Source of the DNA: Camelus ferus
Lineage: Eukaryota
Assembly (NCBI RefSeq): GCF_009834535.1
Contig: NC_045711.1
Coordinates: 11,966,001-12,030,000, forward strand
Length of the DNA: 64,000 nt
Direction of reading: 5' to 3'
The translations under genes were made by a program, and so were the position numbers. Each line of letters starts with the position of its first letter. Positions within the stretch are counted from its first letter, which is position 1. Below, piece after piece: positions 59,243 through 64,000 of the stretch. Below the pieces are notes generated by a model that saw only the letters and a program-made list of their open reading frames with translations, did no database searches and was not told the origin of the DNA.

Positions 59243-61025
59243 ATGAGGCTGGCTGTGCTTTTCTCTGGGGTCTTGCTGGGGCTACTAGCAGGTAAGGAGA
59301 AGGGACAGAAGGGGAGGGAGCCCTGGGAAAGAGCCTGGCCCTGGGCTACTAACCAGTCTTTCCTCTGCTGAAAGCCCAGGGGACAGGGAATGACTGTCCT
59401 CATAAAAAGTCGGCCACTCTGCTGCCATCCTTCACGGTGACACCTACAGCTACAGAAAGCACAGCAAGCACTGGAACCAGCCACAAGACAACCAGCCATA
59501 GAACTACCACTCACAGAACGACAACCATAGATACCACCAGCCACAAGTCTATGACAGCCACTCAAAATCCTGCTACCACCACCAGTCACGGAAACACCAC
59601 AGTTCGTCCAACAAGCAACACCACGGCCACCAGCCCAGGGTCTTCCACCAGTTCCCCCCACCCAGGACCACCTCCACCCTCTCCAAGTCCTAGCCCAGGA
59701 TCCAAGGAGGCGATAGGAAACTACACTTGGAATAATGGTTCCCAGCCCTGCGTCCAGCTCCAAGCCCAGATTCAGATTCGAGTTCTATACCCGACCCAGG
59801 GTGGCGGAGAGGTAAAGCTGAAAGACAGTGGAGGACATAAGGGGAAGGGGACGAGACATTTTGCTGTTTCAAAAGGGAAGAATAGAGAAGGGGACAAACA
59901 GGGTGAGGACAAAGGGAACTGGGAACCCTGGATGATGGCACAGCTGTGGTCTTGTGACCCTTTCATCTTTTAACTTCTGCAGGCCTGGGGCATCTCCGTA
60001 CTGAACCCCAACAAAACCAAGGCCCAGGGGGGCTGTGAGGGGGCCCATCCCCATTTGTTCCTCTCATTTCCCTACGGACAGCTCAGCTTTGGATTCAAGC
60101 AGGTACTTAACCCTCATCCCTCACTCTAACCCTCCAAGTGCCCTATCTCTATCAATCCCTTGCTGCACTCTTTACTCTGAGAACCTGGATGCCACCCTCC
60201 CCTGCTGCCCTGAGTCTTCCTGGTCACCTCCCCAGGAGCCACTGCAGAGCATCGTCTACCTGAACTATATGGCTGTGGAGTACAATGTGTCCTTCCCCCA
60301 GGCAGCACGTAAGTAACCTCCCCTTTCTCATCACTAGCACTAACTCGATGTCTGGGCTCCTGAAGGGACCTAAGCTGCAGGGCAGGGTCGTGGATATAGA
60401 ACTGACCCTTCCTCATTCTTTTATTAGAGTGGACATTCTCAGTTCAGAATTCATCCCTTCAATATCTCCAAACTCCCCTGGGCCGGAGCTTCAGTTGCAG
60501 AAACGCAAGCATCATTCTTTCACCAGCTTTCCATCTTGACCTGCTCTCCTTGAAGCTACAAGCTGCTGAGCTGCCCCCCACAGGGGCCTTTGGGCCAAGT
60601 AAGACCTGTTCCATTCCTCCTAGAATTCTCCCACTGCACTGAAAGCCACCTACCCCAGGCCTATAATCTCCCTTCTTGCACCCTCAAATTTCCTCCACCT
60701 CAAGCTTAGGCACACAGTGAGGACAACTGTCCTCCCCACCTCTGCAGGACTGCCCATTCTCCCCCTTTCCTCTCCTGCTGAGTCATCTAGGTGAGCCCCT
60801 ACTTCCCAGTGCCCTCCACGTTCCTTCCTCCTTCCCATCTTTATCTCAGCTACCACCATTGTGATGCCTACTTGCCCTGTCTTTCCACCAGGTTTCTTCT
60901 GTCCCAGTGACCAATCCATCTTGCTGCCTCTCCTCATCGGCCTGATCTTACTCGGCCTCTTCATCCTGGTGCTTGTTACATTCTGCATTGTCCGGAGACG
61001 CCCACCCACCTATCAGCCCCTCTGA
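59243..61025 (+). CDS. CD68: CD68 / macrosialin (327 aa)
   Basis: Exons 59243-59291, 59375-59811, 59983-60102, 60236-60308, 60428-60598, 60892-61025 total 984 nt. Signal peptide, T/S-rich mucin region, proline hinge, LAMP domain, TM segment and a YQPL* lysosomal motif. Confidence 0.97.
59292..59374 (+). promoter_or_regulatory. CD68 intron 1 (83 nt), orthologous in position to the macrophage enhancer intron
   Basis: The 83-nt length is seen in the sequence. The enhancer role is inferred from the known human CD68 first intron. Confidence 0.55.
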
Positions 61026-61171
61026 GCATTCATCCCAACACCCAGGACACCAGGGGTGCCCTCATGTCTCACCACTCAACTGACTCCGAGGCAAGATTTT
61101 CATCTTTCCCTGTCTTTTGATGAACAAAAGTAGAGATAATGCAATCGGGAAGGATAAGCGGAGAGATGTTT

Positions 61172-61177
61172 ATTAAA
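61172..61177 (+). terminator. CD68 polyadenylation signal (ATTAAA variant)
   Basis: gtttATTAAAtgtgac about 150 nt after the stop codon. Confidence 0.65.
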
Positions 61178-62699
61178 TGTGACTGATTCCCCCTTCCACA
61201 TCTCCATTGGCAGAATAGTAAAACCTGCTCAAATCTTTATTTTTGGTCTTCTTTGTCCTTCCTGCCCAAGATTAAAAGCCACGAGTTACCTGTCACATGC
61301 CTTTCTGTGCCTTCCATGGCTGAGTCTCAGGGAAGCAGAAACTCTGGTGAGGAGGGAGGAAATTATCAGTGTGCGTGACCCAACGCCCTCATGGGTCCAC
61401 TCTCCAAAGCCTGGCACAGCAGCTGTCAAATCGGCCTCACCTCCCCCCTTCCTTCTCTTCTGTTGGGGCCCCTGGCTGCTCCAGCTCCCTCTCACCTCCA
61501 ATCCAGTGGAGTCACTCATCCTGACAGCCTTCTTCCTGATCTTTATATACAATTACATACAGGTGAAGCAGGCAGCCATAGCAATGAGTGTAGGTGGGAA
61601 GGTCGGAGCTGTGTCACTTCCTTTCCAAAGGCAGCAGCAGTGGCTCCTTAGCAACAAGAATTCCCTGCCCTACCCACCAGGTCCAGGGCTAGCAAACAGC
61701 CCGGATTAAACCCTTGCAACACCTGGGATGCTCCTATCTCAACTGCAAAGGGTTTTCATCAAACATGGGAGCAGTGGGTACTCTGACCTCCACGTACAAT
61801 TACCCTCTATGCTCCTGGGAACAACACGCCTCCAGCCTAGGCCACCTGCCGAGCCAACCCTGATGTCCCGGTCGGTGATGTACCTAGTGGTGGTGGGTGG
61901 CACCCCCTGGGCAGCCTGTGTTGATTCCAAAAAGGACCTCCCAAACAACAACAGCCTGCACGACCAATCAGTGCCAGTCCCCCCCGCCCTTACAGTCGGC
62001 CATGACGCAATCCCCAGGGGCCCTTCCAGTTGCTGGAGCCTAGTAAGGCTACAGAAAGCGGCCACCAGGATCTGGAGCCCCTCCCCTTTAAGGGGAGCCC
62101 GCAAGTGGCAGGGATCCAGCAGCCACACCACCACCGTGCAGACACCCCGTATGACCTCGCCAATTAGGAGTCCCCGAAGGGCGTGGTACTCCCAGCAGGC
62201 ACCCGGCCACCAGAGCATGATGGCCGGCCTACCTAGACTTGGTGTCCTAGTGCTGGATAACAGAGGGCATCCCTCCCCGCGGTAGTCCAAGGTGCCCTTT
62301 CCCAAGACGAGCTGCTGGGCCCCGGCCGCCTTGCCCAAGTCCTGGCTCAGCACGTGGTCAGAGAAGGCTGAGAAGCCAACCTTGGCCCAGAGGTGGTGCC
62401 CTCGGGCCAGTGGGGTGAGAGGGTGCCCGGGGGCTCGCGTTTCAGAGGCTGCCAGGGCTGGTGCCGCTGACGCCCCCTGAAACTGGACTCGCCTTCCCCA
62501 CCTCCCCTTCTCCTGTTTCACTGTCCCGGCCCAGCAGCTGCAGGCGCACCCATCCGCCAGGAGCTGGGCGAACCTAAGGAGGGAGACACACAACACAGGC
62601 GCCGATGGGGGTGGCTGCCTAGCTCAAACTGTCCCGCTCCCGTCGGCGAAGCTTCCTCTGGAGACGCAGAGAGTACAGCACATAGAAAGCTAGAGAGCC

Positions 62700-63258
<559 letters not shown>

Positions 63259-64000
63259 TGAGCCGTCGGTACGGACTAAGTGACGGCGGAGACTACTGCC
63301 ACGCCGAACCGGGCGGAAGTTACTTCTGAGAGGGGCGAAAGTGTCTCGGGCTCCGGAGGGGGAGAACGCCATATTTGGGTTAGAGGGGGAGTCGCCAGGT
63401 GGAAGTGTTTCTTTGCTTTAGCGACAGTGAAAGACGAAAAGACTCAAATTTTACAAAACAAAGTTAAGATCTGACCAGATCCTCCCAATCTTTGGTAGGT
63501 TCAGGAGCAAGGTTACACTTGATTTAAAGCCTCTGATGAACGTAGGCCTTCTGCAGCACTCCCAAAGGCTCCTGCCATTCCAGTGGCTTTCCTTCCAGCC
63601 TCCACGTTTGCTCATGGACTAATTCTGGAATTAATTGGCATGTCTTTTTCTTATTATCTGGAGGCAACACCACGGCAAAGCCTGTCTCAGACATCAGACC
63701 GTTTGGGAAGTCTTCCCAGTGTGCCCTCGTCAGTTCATGGTACTCCCACTATGCCCTAGGGACAATATGTTTTAGTATTTTAGCCGCATTCCTGACCCAT
63801 GAGAATCCCACTCCCACTGGGCCAAGCTTCAAGGCTATAGAAGATACAGATGGTCAGGGCATAAAAGAAAGCCCTGAAAGGGTAGGGTTAAGTGTTTGAG
63901 TCTGGGCCAGGGACAGTCCTGAATAAGATACAGAGGAGACCTGTCCTTGGAGAGAGAAGACTCGGGAAGCTTGCCTAGTTGCTCGGAAGCAGGGAATAAA

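Noticed and set aside
59215-59763. 182-aa ORF antisense to CD68 exons 1-2
   Set aside because: Antisense shadow of the Thr/Ser-rich mucin coding region.
61728-62285. 185-aa + strand ORF between CD68 and MPDU1
   Set aside because: It shares third codon positions with the minus-strand ORF, has an S/P/W-rich shadow-like composition and is interrupted by a stop at 62283. The minus strand has the splice and polyA support. It is not fully excluded.

Overview
Mammalian euchromatic, gene-dense window. It is probably camelid, because eight tRNA-Ala-headed SINEs of the vic-1 type are present. The gene order matches the human 17p13.1 block as I recall it, all on the + strand: 3' end of POLR2A (complete 52-heptad CTD), a repeat-rich intergenic stretch of about 29 kb, TNFSF12 (TWEAK), TNFSF13 (APRIL), SENP3, EIF4A1 (hosting SNORA48, SNORD10 and SNORA67), CD68, and exon 1 of MPDU1. 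I traced exon boundaries by hand; all visible junctions are GT-AG and keep frame. Twelve N runs of 131-196 nt hide the SENP3 start codon and last coding exon. The most notable unexplained items are: (1) a long reading frame with biased third codon positions and clean splice and polyA signals, on the - strand between CD68 and MPDU1; (2) a second, structurally intact SNORA48-like H/ACA RNA in EIF4A1 intron 4; (3) a decayed ZNF280-family fragment in the intergenic region; (4) a possible SINE-made alternative last exon in TNFSF13; and (5) an internally deleted ERV-L provirus. No database searches were run. Gene and repeat names come from recognition and need confirming.
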